From Lytechinus pictus (Eukaryota): a DNA stretch of 64,000 nt. The stretch covers positions 1,116,001 to 1,180,000 of the forward strand of contig NC_087246.1 in assembly GCF_037042905.1 (NCBI RefSeq). Direction: 5' to 3'. A program made the position numbers and the translations under genes. Below the pieces are notes generated by a model. The model saw only the letters and a list, made by a program, of their open reading frames with translations, was not told the origin of the DNA and ran no database searches. Each line of letters starts with the position of its first letter. Within the stretch, counting starts at the first letter, position 1. Positions 13,080-23,126 of the stretch are shown one piece after another.

Positions 13080-14948
13080 TGGGGGATAGAGGGAAAGCTC
13101 AACTTTACCTCATCTGCAACCAAAGATGATTTGTTAGGATCATGCAATGGCAAACAAATCCTCTGCAAAAAGTTAGAAAGGGAAAACACACATATCAATT
13201 ACAAGCACACTATGATAAAAACAATGGTAGTTAACATGCATCTATGAGTACAGCAATGTAACCAAAGAAGAAATTAAGGTTGAGGAGCATTTCATGATAC
13301 AAATAATGATTTTTCACATTCTGTTATAAGATACTAGAATTCTTACAATATGTGATCGACTCAGAACAAAATTTGTCTGTGAAAATCCCCGACTAGATGA
13401 TTCATGAAACACGCTCTTCATATATCATTTCTTTTGCCATTAAAAAATAAATAAATAAAACAACCCCCCCCCCAAAAAAAAAAAATTAACACTCAGTATA
13501 CTCAGGAAACTATATTTCACTTCAAATAAAATAATTAGTTTAACCTACAGTGTAACCAATAATTTTGTGAAAGACTTGAAAGCCACACTGTCACAAAGTA
13601 AATGATTTATCTCATGATGCACCAAAGCATGATACCTTGACAATTTCACTCTAGATCTCTAAACAGACTACTGTGCAAAAAGGCATTCCACACAATTATA
13701 CAAATAAAAGTGTAGTCTTTTGTACTTTTAATGGGCAATTTATAAAATATCACAAACAACTTATTTCCCTTCAATCTAAGAAACATGTTACCAACATTAA
13801 CAGCATGTGATGTCAAGTAAAGGTCATGTTTATCCATGATAACATAACATTTGGCACTATGTAATCTCATCTTATTTTTAATTTCATATCAGGAAAATGA
13901 TTTATAATATATTCTATATCGTTTATTATTTACAATTACAGGCCTTTCATGGATTCAAGGTATCTGTGAGCTTGATCTTTAACCTTGACATCACAAACTA
14001 TTGAGATCATTGACAATCTTTATTATTTTTACTTGTTTTAAATAAAAATAAATCAAGATGGAAATTTTGCCCTTTTTTAAACTCTGATTTCATTCAAACT
14101 CAGGTACAGCTATGGAAAACCTATAGATAGCCAACACAGATCTCTATCAGTACAGGTTACTGTACATTTATCAGTGCATTAGACATCATTCACAACTGCC
14201 TGTGAATAATGAAATAACTAGTGTACTCCGAAAAGAAAGCATGGGGAAGAGAAAACAAAAAACATAATAATCATACAATGTAAACAAAATTCTGACACTT
14301 TAAGCTTCTCATAACAAAGTTAGAACATGGTATAATTCAAACTAGTCTTCAGAACAAAGGCCTATAATATCATCAACATGTTATGTCCTCTCCAATAAGT
14401 TTGATGTGAGATAGTAGATGTTGAAGTCTGATAGATTGGGATGTTTACTCAGCTATACTGCAATTAACCCTAGTAAAGACAAAGCACACTGAAACACCTT
14501 ATAAAGGCTAGATCAGACCTTGTCTAAACCAGTGAGAAACCAGTACAGTTGAGTTACATTCATCATCTCATACTGGAGCCGGCTACTTTAATACCTAGTA
14601 GACTCCTTGTCCAGTCACTTTACACGAGCCAAGTCGTACATAAATAGGGTAGGAATAATAACTTCTTGTCCAACCCATGTTGACATCAATACTTCGGCTA
14701 CTGAAGAATTGTATCTAGAATAAGACATCTAAATGTATATTTACCAAATTTAATATTCGGGGAAGTAAGTGTATGTCACACACTTAATTTTATCATTTAT
14801 TTTTTTTTCAGTATCCTAAAACAAAAGACTATTTCTTCAATTATGATTATGAAACATCTCAGCAAAGAAGATTCCATGTTTTAACTAAATATTTTCCCCC
14901 TTTTTTCTGAATATAATTAATGATATGAGGATATCAACATGAACTTAA

Positions 14949-15531
14949 AGGAGAATGAAACCCTTGAAACCAGCTGAATCCATATCAAAGAGAAAAATCA
15001 AAGAAACATATTGTTGAAAGTTTGAGGAAGATTGAATGAATAATAAGAAAGTTATGAGCATTTGAATATTGAGATCACTAATGCCATGTAGATCCTCCTA
15101 TTGGCAATGCAACCAAGATCTGTGATGTCACACACGTACAACTCCCTCATTACTTTAGTACTTAAATCACTTATATTCTCACTTTTATAGAGTCTATTAC
15201 AAGGTGAGGTGTTCTCTTTATGAGAGGACAAGTACAGAGGTTTCACAACATTATATCATTGATGAATCATTTGTCATATGATTAGAATGAGCAAAAAGAG
15301 ATGTTTTGGGGTATATTTTCAGTGTCCAAAAGGGGAGAGTTGTTCATCTGTGACATCATAGATCTTGGTCGCATTGCCAATGGGAGGATATCCATAGCAT
15401 AGTGATCTTGACATTCAAATGCTCATAACTCTTCTATTGCTAGTCCTATTTTACTCAAACTTTTGTTGATCTTATTCTTTGATTTTTCTGCTGTCACAAA
15501 AGCTAACTTGCTCCAAGAGTTTCATTCTCCT
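14949..15531. mobile_element. Kolobok-like MITE with TTAA TSD and long subterminal inverted arms
   Basis: ttaa|AGGAGAATGAAAC ... GTTTCATTCTCCT|ttaa; ~85-bp inverted arms at ~15048-15133 and ~15349-15432. Confidence 0.75.
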
Positions 15532-16123
15532 TTAATACCTGGAAAAATCTTTGATTTGTTAAATGATCATGTTATAACTAGGACTAGTTATAACCACAAA
15601 TAAAATCACACAAACATGAAGGGTAGAAGAAATCACACATGTATAAAGTACAATAATGGGACACATGCTCAAAATCAGGCTAAATCAAACAACATCAATG
15701 AAATGAAAATAATAATGAAAATGATTTAGAATTGCATATTTTACTCTCTAAAGCTAGAGATATAATTCTTGTTGACTTGTCGTTGATCCCAGAGCTTGCA
15801 GGAGACTCTAAAGCTAAAGGATGTTTTACAATTTGAAACAAGAATCAATTTAAGGTGGTATCATGCAGAATCTATATTTGATTTTAAGGTCCCTCCCAAT
15901 GACCATGCCAACTCTTCAGAACTAATTACCACCAGGAGGTGGACATAGCGGAACTGATGATCCTGCCTCCAGAATTGAACCCCATGTAACCTTTATGTAA
16001 CTAGTAAATGACATAATAAAATATATAAAGAATTAATCAAGTTTGATTGTTTTGTGAACTATCTCATTTGCAGGATATAATAAAATACCAACAAATATAT
16101 CAGCAATACCCCCACAAATAATT

Positions 16124-16560
16124 ATGAAAATAACCAGAAATATCGTGATTGGCGAGGGCATGCAACAGAATTGTATCGAAACTTTATTGTGAAATGACTG
16201 GGATGGAATAACACTAGTCATAAGAGTCTTGCACGTAAACTTTAATGTTGACCTGAAAATTACCTTTCACTTTACCATGTGACCTCTGACTGCAGCATAA
16301 CAATACATGCAGGTCGCCTAAGTACATCTACCATCCAAGTTTGGTTGAAAAGTGACTTACGGTTACGGAGTTAGGTGTCATAAGAGTCTTGAATGTAAAC
16401 TTTAACGTTGACCTGAAAATGACCTTTGACCTTACCATGTGACCTTCGACTGCAGCATAACATGCAGTCCATCTACCATCCAAGTTTGGTTGAAAAAGTG
16501 ACTTACGGTTGTGGAGTTATGTGTCATAAGATTTGTGACGGACGACATTTGGATCCCTAA
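16124..16560 (+). mobile_element. Second copy of the Helentron-like tandem-array element
   Basis: Near-identical to 5071-5820 (ATGAAAATAACCAGAAATATCGTGATT...GACGACATTTGGATCCC). Confidence 0.7.
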
Positions 16561-17136
16561 AGGCTACCGCACACCTTACGACCCGACTGGTCTACGACTG
16601 GCTTGCGACTGAGTAGAGATGAATCGCAAGGCAGTCATATTAAAGCCTTGACACCGCACACCTTGCGATCCGACAACCATGCTGTCTGCGACTTATGCGC
16701 TTTTTGCTTTTTCCATAGTAACTGAGAAAATGGCGCTTACTACTGCGTATGCGCGTTGTATATCATATACTTGTCGCGTAACGTTGGGGAAGTACAATAA
16801 GAAACAAGATGGCAGCGTAAACATCGGGCAAGTCTCTTCCGTCTTTTCACAATATTTTTTCCTTTTTTTGATGAATTCTTGTTTAAAAATAACGAGAGCG
16901 TAGAAATGTCGGAAATTAAGTTTTATCCCATGTAGGCCTACATGATTTATGGCTAGATGTTTTAGAGGGAAAGTAGAAATCTCGGGGGCGAAAGTTTCAG
17001 GGTTTTTTGCCCTTGGGGTAGGTGAATAAGAAGGCAAGTGCCTACCATATAGGAAGGACTCCCTGGCTTCATTGAGAGTACGCCTACAAGAAGCAAACTT
17101 CTTGCCATTGACACCAATGGAAAAAACAGCATACGT

Positions 17137-19209
17137 GTGTGTAATAAGCTAGCAATCAACGGGAACCCTGGCCAAAGAACGAAACTCACAGTGTCTGTGC
17201 AGGTCGACAGTTGCTCTATTATAGCTACAGGATCCCTATGCCAAGACTTCATGAGATCGTACCTTCCTCAGATCTTAGATACTGTCAAGTCATGTGACCT
17301 CACAGTGCACTTGGAAGTAGAACTCCTGAGGCGAATCTGTGTAGAACATGACCAAAAAAACACAGTACCTCTTGACAAAACACAGCAAGGGAAAGGCCAC
17401 TCAAGTAATGATCAAACTTCCAGTCAGTGTCCTTGTTCATCATCAGATATGCTTCTTCTCTGTCCAGTATGCCAAACCCATTCATGTAATGGCACAATTT
17501 TCTGCTCCTCATGTAGTAGTTGGCTTCACTACTCATGTACGCCAATGAATGATGAAGAAATAGCTACCCACGAGGCTGATGAGTCCCAAACATACATTTG
17601 CCATCTATGTTCAGCTCTTCAATCTTTAAATTCCACAAATGAACCAGACGAAGCCCATTCAGACAAAGATAGCACTATATCACTCAATGACGATTGGCCC
17701 CCCAGCATCCCTTTTGCTGACTCCCCCCCATCTCCAACCAATACAATTCGTTCAGGAGGCATCCCTGGCGAATCCAGGATCAACATAGATGGGCCTGACG
17801 AAAGATCTGCAGATGAACTTCGTGAAACAATGCCCACTCACCAGGAAAGTACCAGCTCTTCACCAACTCCTGTTAAGATCGATAAAGAGTCACAAACTGC
17901 CATCGAATTGCCAAAGGGTGACTTAAGTAAACTTGAGAACACAGTCTCAAAACTGACAGCAGATCTACGTACTGCACGCTCTGTCAACAGAACTCTTGAA
18001 GGGGAAAATGAAGCCCTTCTTCGCGACCTTCAGGAGATGAAAGCTGCTGTAAACAAGGCCGAAGATGATTTACAGCATGTTCGAAGTCGACTGAGGCGCA
18101 CCAAAGAATCCTGTGACCATGCTGAACGGGAAAGGCAAAAGTTGGCAAACAAGAACAAAGAAATTCAATTTCAAAACGACAACCTCCTTGCGTTATGTCT
18201 TAGATATGACATAGAAGAAGCTTTGGCTGAACAAGACTGGAGACTTGTCCCAGATGGTAACAAGGCTCACCCTGCTTCATCACACATTCAAGGTACTGAG
18301 AGCCCCCAGAGTAACAGATTCACTGTTCTCAGAGACGAGCATACCCAAAATGATGTTACCGAAGTTACTGAGCCCTCATCTAGCAATGGGAGGTGGACCA
18401 AAGAAGGGGCGAAGCCTAAACTGCCAAATCAAACCGTAAAGCGAGATCAGGTCAAAACGCTGGCCAGCAAGCAAGCAATACACTCTGACCAAAGACACCG
18501 TAAAGATCTTAACTCAGGGCCAAGCCCTTCACAACCCTTTAATGGACATAAGATTGGCCTGGCCCACTCCCCAAGGAAAGACAGACGCCATTCTATAGAC
18601 AACGGACCTAGCGCAATGGCAGAAGACCCCACACTTAATGCCCATCCTGTCGAGGCGCTAGATGCAGAAAGAAAAGGTGAAATCAACATCCCCTCAAAAA
18701 TGGACTTCGAGACAACTGTGACCGAAGATGATGATGCAGTTCTTCTTGACTCGCCCACCTCTACACCAACCACCACCAGCAGACTGAACCATACATATGC
18801 TAATATAGTAAAAACTAATATGCCTGATTCTGTAGGACAAAATATTTCTGCTTCACCAAGAGCGACAGACAATAGTGGACCTCGTACCCAGAATATCCCC
18901 AATCCTGCATCTGCACCTTTACCTGATGCTGACAGTGCAGAAAAACGACAAGACCAGGTTTTTCGGCATGGCAGAGCATCCCACGCCACTTACCTAAACA
19001 TTATGGCAGTCATAACCAGGGCAGCAATGGCATCATTGGCGGTGTTACAAACCCCCAACATATGGAATCAGACAGGGACACAGTTTCTCATGCAAGCACA
19101 CCTCCACAACATCTCTTATCACATAAGGCTGCTGAACCTTCACAAACAGCACCTGCTCCCAGCCACCGATCCTCAGTCAAGCTATGCTCCTTCAATGTAC
19201 GTGGAATAG
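17137..19209 (+). CDS. LINE ORF1 (PHD finger plus coiled coil), probably N-terminally truncated
   Basis: CPVC...CSSCSSWLHYSC...YICHLC (C4HC3 PHD) and a heptad-rich segment (LSKLENTVSKLTADLRTARS...). The frame is open back through the insertion junction with no ATG there. Confidence 0.85.
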   Translation: MCNKLAINGNPGQRTKLTVSVQVDSCSIIATGSLCQDFMRSYLPQILDTVKSCDLTVHLEVELLRRICVEHDQKNTVPLDKTQQGKGHSSNDQTSSQCPCSSSDMLLLCPVCQTHSCNGTIFCSSCSSWLHYSCTPMNDEEIATHEADESQTYICHLCSALQSLNSTNEPDEAHSDKDSTISLNDDWPPSIPFADSPPSPTNTIRSGGIPGESRINIDGPDERSADELRETMPTHQESTSSSPTPVKIDKESQTAIELPKGDLSKLENTVSKLTADLRTARSVNRTLEGENEALLRDLQEMKAAVNKAEDDLQHVRSRLRRTKESCDHAERERQKLANKNKEIQFQNDNLLALCLRYDIEEALAEQDWRLVPDGNKAHPASSHIQGTESPQSNRFTVLRDEHTQNDVTEVTEPSSSNGRWTKEGAKPKLPNQTVKRDQVKTLASKQAIHSDQRHRKDLNSGPSPSQPFNGHKIGLAHSPRKDRRHSIDNGPSAMAEDPTLNAHPVEALDAERKGEINIPSKMDFETTVTEDDDAVLLDSPTSTPTTTSRLNHTYANIVKTNMPDSVGQNISASPRATDNSGPRTQNIPNPASAPLPDADSAEKRQDQVFRHGRASHATYLNIMAVITRAAMASLAVLQTPNIWNQTGTQFLMQAHLHNISYHIRLLNLHKQHLLPATDPQSSYAPSMYVE

Positions 19210-22200
19210 CTTCGTCTCAGTTCTACTTATATGATCTTCTTTGTACTTGTGACATTATCTGCATACAAGAACACTGGCTACATGAACTCTCTCTTGGTAG
19301 GTTAACAGAAATTAGTCAGAATCATTTGGTATTAAGTAAGTCCTCTTGTCGTCCTGCAGAGACTGTAGTCTCTCGCCGTGGCCATGGTGGTCTTGCGATT
19401 TTCTATAGCAAGAATTTAGAGCCATATACCTCCATTATTCCAACTACCTCTGAAAGACTTATTGGAATGAAGTTGAAATCTCATGGAAGCCTCAAGGATC
19501 TAGTCATCATGAGCGTATACATGCCTACTGGCAACTCCACAGACATGACCACAGAATACATATCTGTACTAGACGAACTGACTCACATCCTACAGTCTTT
19601 GAATCCGAAAACAGAGGTCGTCATACTTGGAGATTTTAATGTAGATCTCCTCCGCCCTGCTAAGCATCACAGACTACCAGCCAAGGCCCTAAAAGAGTTC
19701 ATGGAAGAGCATAACTTCAGTTGTCTGAACACCCTGCTTCATATTCCTGGAGTCTACACTTATTCCAGTGATGATGGATGCACGAAGTCTAACCTCGATC
19801 TTGTCTTGGTCAAAACTCCTAGTGAACACTGTTTCAAAGAGTTTCACATCTGCAACGAGGAACCAAAAAACACATCAGATCACCTCCCTGTTGGAGTGAC
19901 CTACTTTCACACTTGCAGCGACCCCAGCTTAGTAACCCCTCGACATGAGCCCAGTGAAATGCCCTATGGCAAGAAACTGTCGAAACTCAGAGTACATTGG
20001 GATAAATTAGATTCTACAAGTACCGAAAGACTTTACACACAACCTCTGGAGGCTCAGTGTAGGAAAATCTGGGCGCAACACAAAGACAAAGCCAGAATTC
20101 TACAGCCAGATACTGCAGAACGGCTCCTTGATACAATCTGTAGTGTCATGGTACAGACGTCTACTTCAAACCTACCTCACTCCCTCTCTAGTACTCCAAG
20201 GAACAGGAAACCAGAATGGAACAAAGATGTTGACAAGTCGTATGTAAAAATGAAGGTCAATTGGAAGAGTTGGAAAGATCAGGGTCGCCCTCGGAGTAAG
20301 GAAAATACGGCTTGGATTTCCTACAAAAAATCAAAGAATATGTTCAGACGGTCACTCCGGCAAAGCAGGCAACAAAGTCGTAACGAGATTATAAAAGAAG
20401 TGGAATCTTCAAAGGATGACAACCCCCTTCTCTTCAGCAAACTTGTTAAGCAGCACAGATCCCCCAGCAACATCAGGACAGAAACAGACTCTCTTATTGT
20501 CTCCGATAAGAAGCATACAGGACAACAACTCCTTGAAGGATGGGAGCAATACTTCCGTGCTCTTTCCAACCCTGATCCCTGCCCTCCCTGCCAGGTGGAT
20601 GAGGAAGTAACTCAGGCAGAAGTTTTACTCGAAGGAACTCAACTGCATGTCACATCTTCGCAGCTGAACATCGCCATTGCCCAGCTAAAATCCGGCAAAG
20701 CAGGAGGCATAGACCAGATCTCCCCTGAACATGTAAAGTTTTCCGGACCAATCACTCGTCTTGTTCTTGTGCAGATTTACAACTCAATCCTATTCCACTG
20801 TCACATACCGTCCAACTTCAAGACCAGCTTAATCCTTCCAATTCATAAAGGAAAGGGGAAATCTCCCACTGATCCTTCGAACTACAGGGGTATATCTCTC
20901 ACTACTGTGTTCTGCAAGATCTTAGAACTCCTCATTAAGCCAGAATTAGAAGAGGCTCTTCATAAGTCAAACATACCTCATGAGCTTCAAAGTGGATTCC
21001 AGGAAGGTCACTCATGTCTACTGGTAGCGGCTACATTGAATCTCATCATCGAAAGCAACAAGAAGCAAACATTCATTGCATATCTGGACGCCGCCAAAGC
21101 TTTCGATACAGTTTGGCACAATGGTCTTCTCCTCAAGCTATACAAGGCTGGTGTTCGGGGCAATCTCTGGCTTGTTATAAGGAGATTGTATGAAGATCTT
21201 AGCTCTGCTGTGTGGTGGAAAGGCAGAATAAGTGAAAGCTTTCCTGTGAAGCAAGGTGTAAGACAAGGAGGAATTCTTTCCCCCCTACTCTATTTGGCCT
21301 TCATCGATGGTCTGATCAACAGCCTCCAGTCGTCGGGCCTCGGAGCTTTCACCCAGTCTATATACACAGGCATTCTTGTACTCGCAGATGACGTTGCACT
21401 AGTGGCTACCTCCGCAAAAGAACTGAACAGTATGCTTCAACTTGTCTTCGACTATTCCTGCAGGTGGCGCTATACCATCAATCCGTCTAAGAGTGCCGTC
21501 ATCATCACTGGTTCTGGTCCCCAGACCTCAGAGGCATGGCAATTTGGTTCTTGTACCATACCTCTCGTAGACAAGCACCCTCATCTGGGTATCACCCGTT
21601 CCTCACACAAACTTGATGCTACTTCCAAGATGATATCTACCGGCAACAAGACTCTCTATGCTCTTACTGGTGTGGGAGCATTCCGTATGGGACTCACCCC
21701 CGCAGTCATGGCATCACTCTGGGAGAGATATTGCATACCTAGGATGCTGTATGGTTCAGAGGTCATCCACCTGACGAAGGCAGCCCTAGATCGCCTAGAT
21801 AGGGCCCAAATATCCCTATTTAAAACCCTACTAGGTCTTCCTCGCTCTACTGCCAATGAATCAGTCCATATCCTCACTGGCCTCCCGGCGGTATCTGATA
21901 TCGTAGCCATCCAACGCCTCAGACTTCTGGGGAAGCTGGTGAACCTCGACCCCTGCAGGCTAGAGTATCGTCTTCTTCTTCATGTTATGTGCCAGCACCC
22001 CAGCTCCAAGACTGTCCAAATGTTCCAATCCCTCATCAACAAGTACGACCTACCCTCCTTCAATGATCTTCTCAACTCCCCTATACAGTACAAACAATGG
22101 AAGAGACTCATCTCTACAGCCGTTCTTGACTACAGGGAGGAAGAAACCCAAGCGGCTCTAGCAGCCAAATCCTCACTTCAGCTGCTTAGTCACCTAGACT

Positions 22201-22634
22201 GCGCCCAGAGGACAACTCTGCTCCCGTCAAAGCTAAACTCTCATAGTCATCGCCAAGCCTTATCCCTGAAGAGTCAACTTCTTTGTGGTGTCTATGCTAC
22301 CAACACACGTCTCACCAAGATTGGAAGGCGTCATGATAGCACATGCTATTGCAATATCAAGGATGAGACTGTAACCCACCTTATAGGAGAATGCACCCTC
22401 TATACGGATGAAAGGAAAAGGTTCCTCACCAACCTTCCTCCCTACCTCCAACATGATCTTGCCATAACTCCTGTGTCACAAGTCGCAGCAGCTGTTACGA
22501 ACGTTGTACTTCTTGGATTGGACACTAATGGAACTAGTATATCTGTTGCCTCAGCTCCCCAACTTCATTACTACTCTCTTAATTTCTTGCATGAGCTTCA
22601 TGTTAAACGTTCTCTGTTGGTGAACAACAACTAG
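19062..22634 (+). CDS. LINE ORF2: APE endonuclease, reverse transcriptase, C-terminal CCHC knuckle (1190 aa, intact)
   Basis: Endonuclease: SFNVRG, CIQEHW, LGDFN, SDHLP. RT: NYRGISL, LDAAKAFDTV, GVRQGGILSP, LADD. Knuckle: CYC...ETVTHLIGEC. Confidence 0.95.
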   Translation: MESDRDTVSHASTPPQHLLSHKAAEPSQTAPAPSHRSSVKLCSFNVRGIASSQFYLYDLLCTCDIICIQEHWLHELSLGRLTEISQNHLVLSKSSCRPAETVVSRRGHGGLAIFYSKNLEPYTSIIPTTSERLIGMKLKSHGSLKDLVIMSVYMPTGNSTDMTTEYISVLDELTHILQSLNPKTEVVILGDFNVDLLRPAKHHRLPAKALKEFMEEHNFSCLNTLLHIPGVYTYSSDDGCTKSNLDLVLVKTPSEHCFKEFHICNEEPKNTSDHLPVGVTYFHTCSDPSLVTPRHEPSEMPYGKKLSKLRVHWDKLDSTSTERLYTQPLEAQCRKIWAQHKDKARILQPDTAERLLDTICSVMVQTSTSNLPHSLSSTPRNRKPEWNKDVDKSYVKMKVNWKSWKDQGRPRSKENTAWISYKKSKNMFRRSLRQSRQQSRNEIIKEVESSKDDNPLLFSKLVKQHRSPSNIRTETDSLIVSDKKHTGQQLLEGWEQYFRALSNPDPCPPCQVDEEVTQAEVLLEGTQLHVTSSQLNIAIAQLKSGKAGGIDQISPEHVKFSGPITRLVLVQIYNSILFHCHIPSNFKTSLILPIHKGKGKSPTDPSNYRGISLTTVFCKILELLIKPELEEALHKSNIPHELQSGFQEGHSCLLVAATLNLIIESNKKQTFIAYLDAAKAFDTVWHNGLLLKLYKAGVRGNLWLVIRRLYEDLSSAVWWKGRISESFPVKQGVRQGGILSPLLYLAFIDGLINSLQSSGLGAFTQSIYTGILVLADDVALVATSAKELNSMLQLVFDYSCRWRYTINPSKSAVIITGSGPQTSEAWQFGSCTIPLVDKHPHLGITRSSHKLDATSKMISTGNKTLYALTGVGAFRMGLTPAVMASLWERYCIPRMLYGSEVIHLTKAALDRLDRAQISLFKTLLGLPRSTANESVHILTGLPAVSDIVAIQRLRLLGKLVNLDPCRLEYRLLLHVMCQHPSSKTVQMFQSLINKYDLPSFNDLLNSPIQYKQWKRLISTAVLDYREEETQAALAAKSSLQLLSHLDCAQRTTLLPSKLNSHSHRQALSLKSQLLCGVYATNTRLTKIGRRHDSTCYCNIKDETVTHLIGECTLYTDERKRFLTNLPPYLQHDLAITPVSQVAAAVTNVVLLGLDTNGTSISVASAPQLHYYSLNFLHELHVKRSLLVNNN

Positions 22635-22999
22635 ACAGTCTGGTGATACACTTTATTCCAATCTCCTCCTGAGCCTTGCTCTTTTGTTTCTATATGTATT
22701 TATCAAACCACTTTTTCTGCGTATCCACTGGATCTCGCAGTTCTCCAGGACTGGAGGAAATCAACAGAAGAAGAAGAAGAAGAAGGTACCGGTACGTTGT
22801 CGTTAGTAATTTACTCTCATTCTCAAGAAGCCGCCTGGCTATACCCACTAGTGTCCTTACTTTGTTTAGTTTAGAGCACGAACACGAGAAGAGCATTGAA
22901 AAATATCACAATTAAGTCATTCATATAACTCCTATATAGAAAAAAGAATCACATGATTAAATATTATGGTTTATACTTCACGAAATAATTGAAATTTTA

Positions 23000-23126
23000 C
23001 CAAATATTTCAGCAGATCCCCAAACGTAAGCTGGCAAACAAACAAGACCCGACCTCCGATCGGCGATCAGTTACCGGGTACGTACGTAGGTACCCGTAGA
23101 TGGCAGTGTTCAAGACCCCGTTCAAA
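23000..23126. promoter_or_regulatory. Putative bidirectional promoter DGCR8/MRPL50, with a candidate DGCR8 non-coding first exon
   Basis: CpG-rich patch. MRPL50 ATG at 23127 lies within AAAATGGCG (YY1-like). A minus-strand donor TTG|GTAAAA occurs at ~23000. Confidence 0.5.

Larger units (their letters stand above)
17088..22785 (+). mobile_element. 5'-truncated non-LTR retrotransposon, RTE-group (RTEX/Proto2-like; clade tentative), antisense to DGCR8
   Basis: Two long uninterrupted ORFs, a short 3' UTR with a CTCCAG-GA-CTGGAG stem-loop, and a (GAA)n tail ending at 22785. No TSD is apparent. Confidence 0.92.
16775..22841 (+). mobile_element. Kolobok-like MITE (family of 60115-60598) split by the LINE insertion
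   Basis: 16775-17087 matches ~60276-60557. The rest of the right TIR (TCTCAAGAAGCCGCCTGGCTA) resumes at ~22800-22841, after the LINE tail. Confidence 0.7.

Noticed and set aside
14510-14568. C/D-box snoRNA-like AUGAUGA...CUGA with a 3-bp terminal stem (minus strand)
   Set aside because: It is only ~59 nt, and I could not recognise an antisense rRNA guide.
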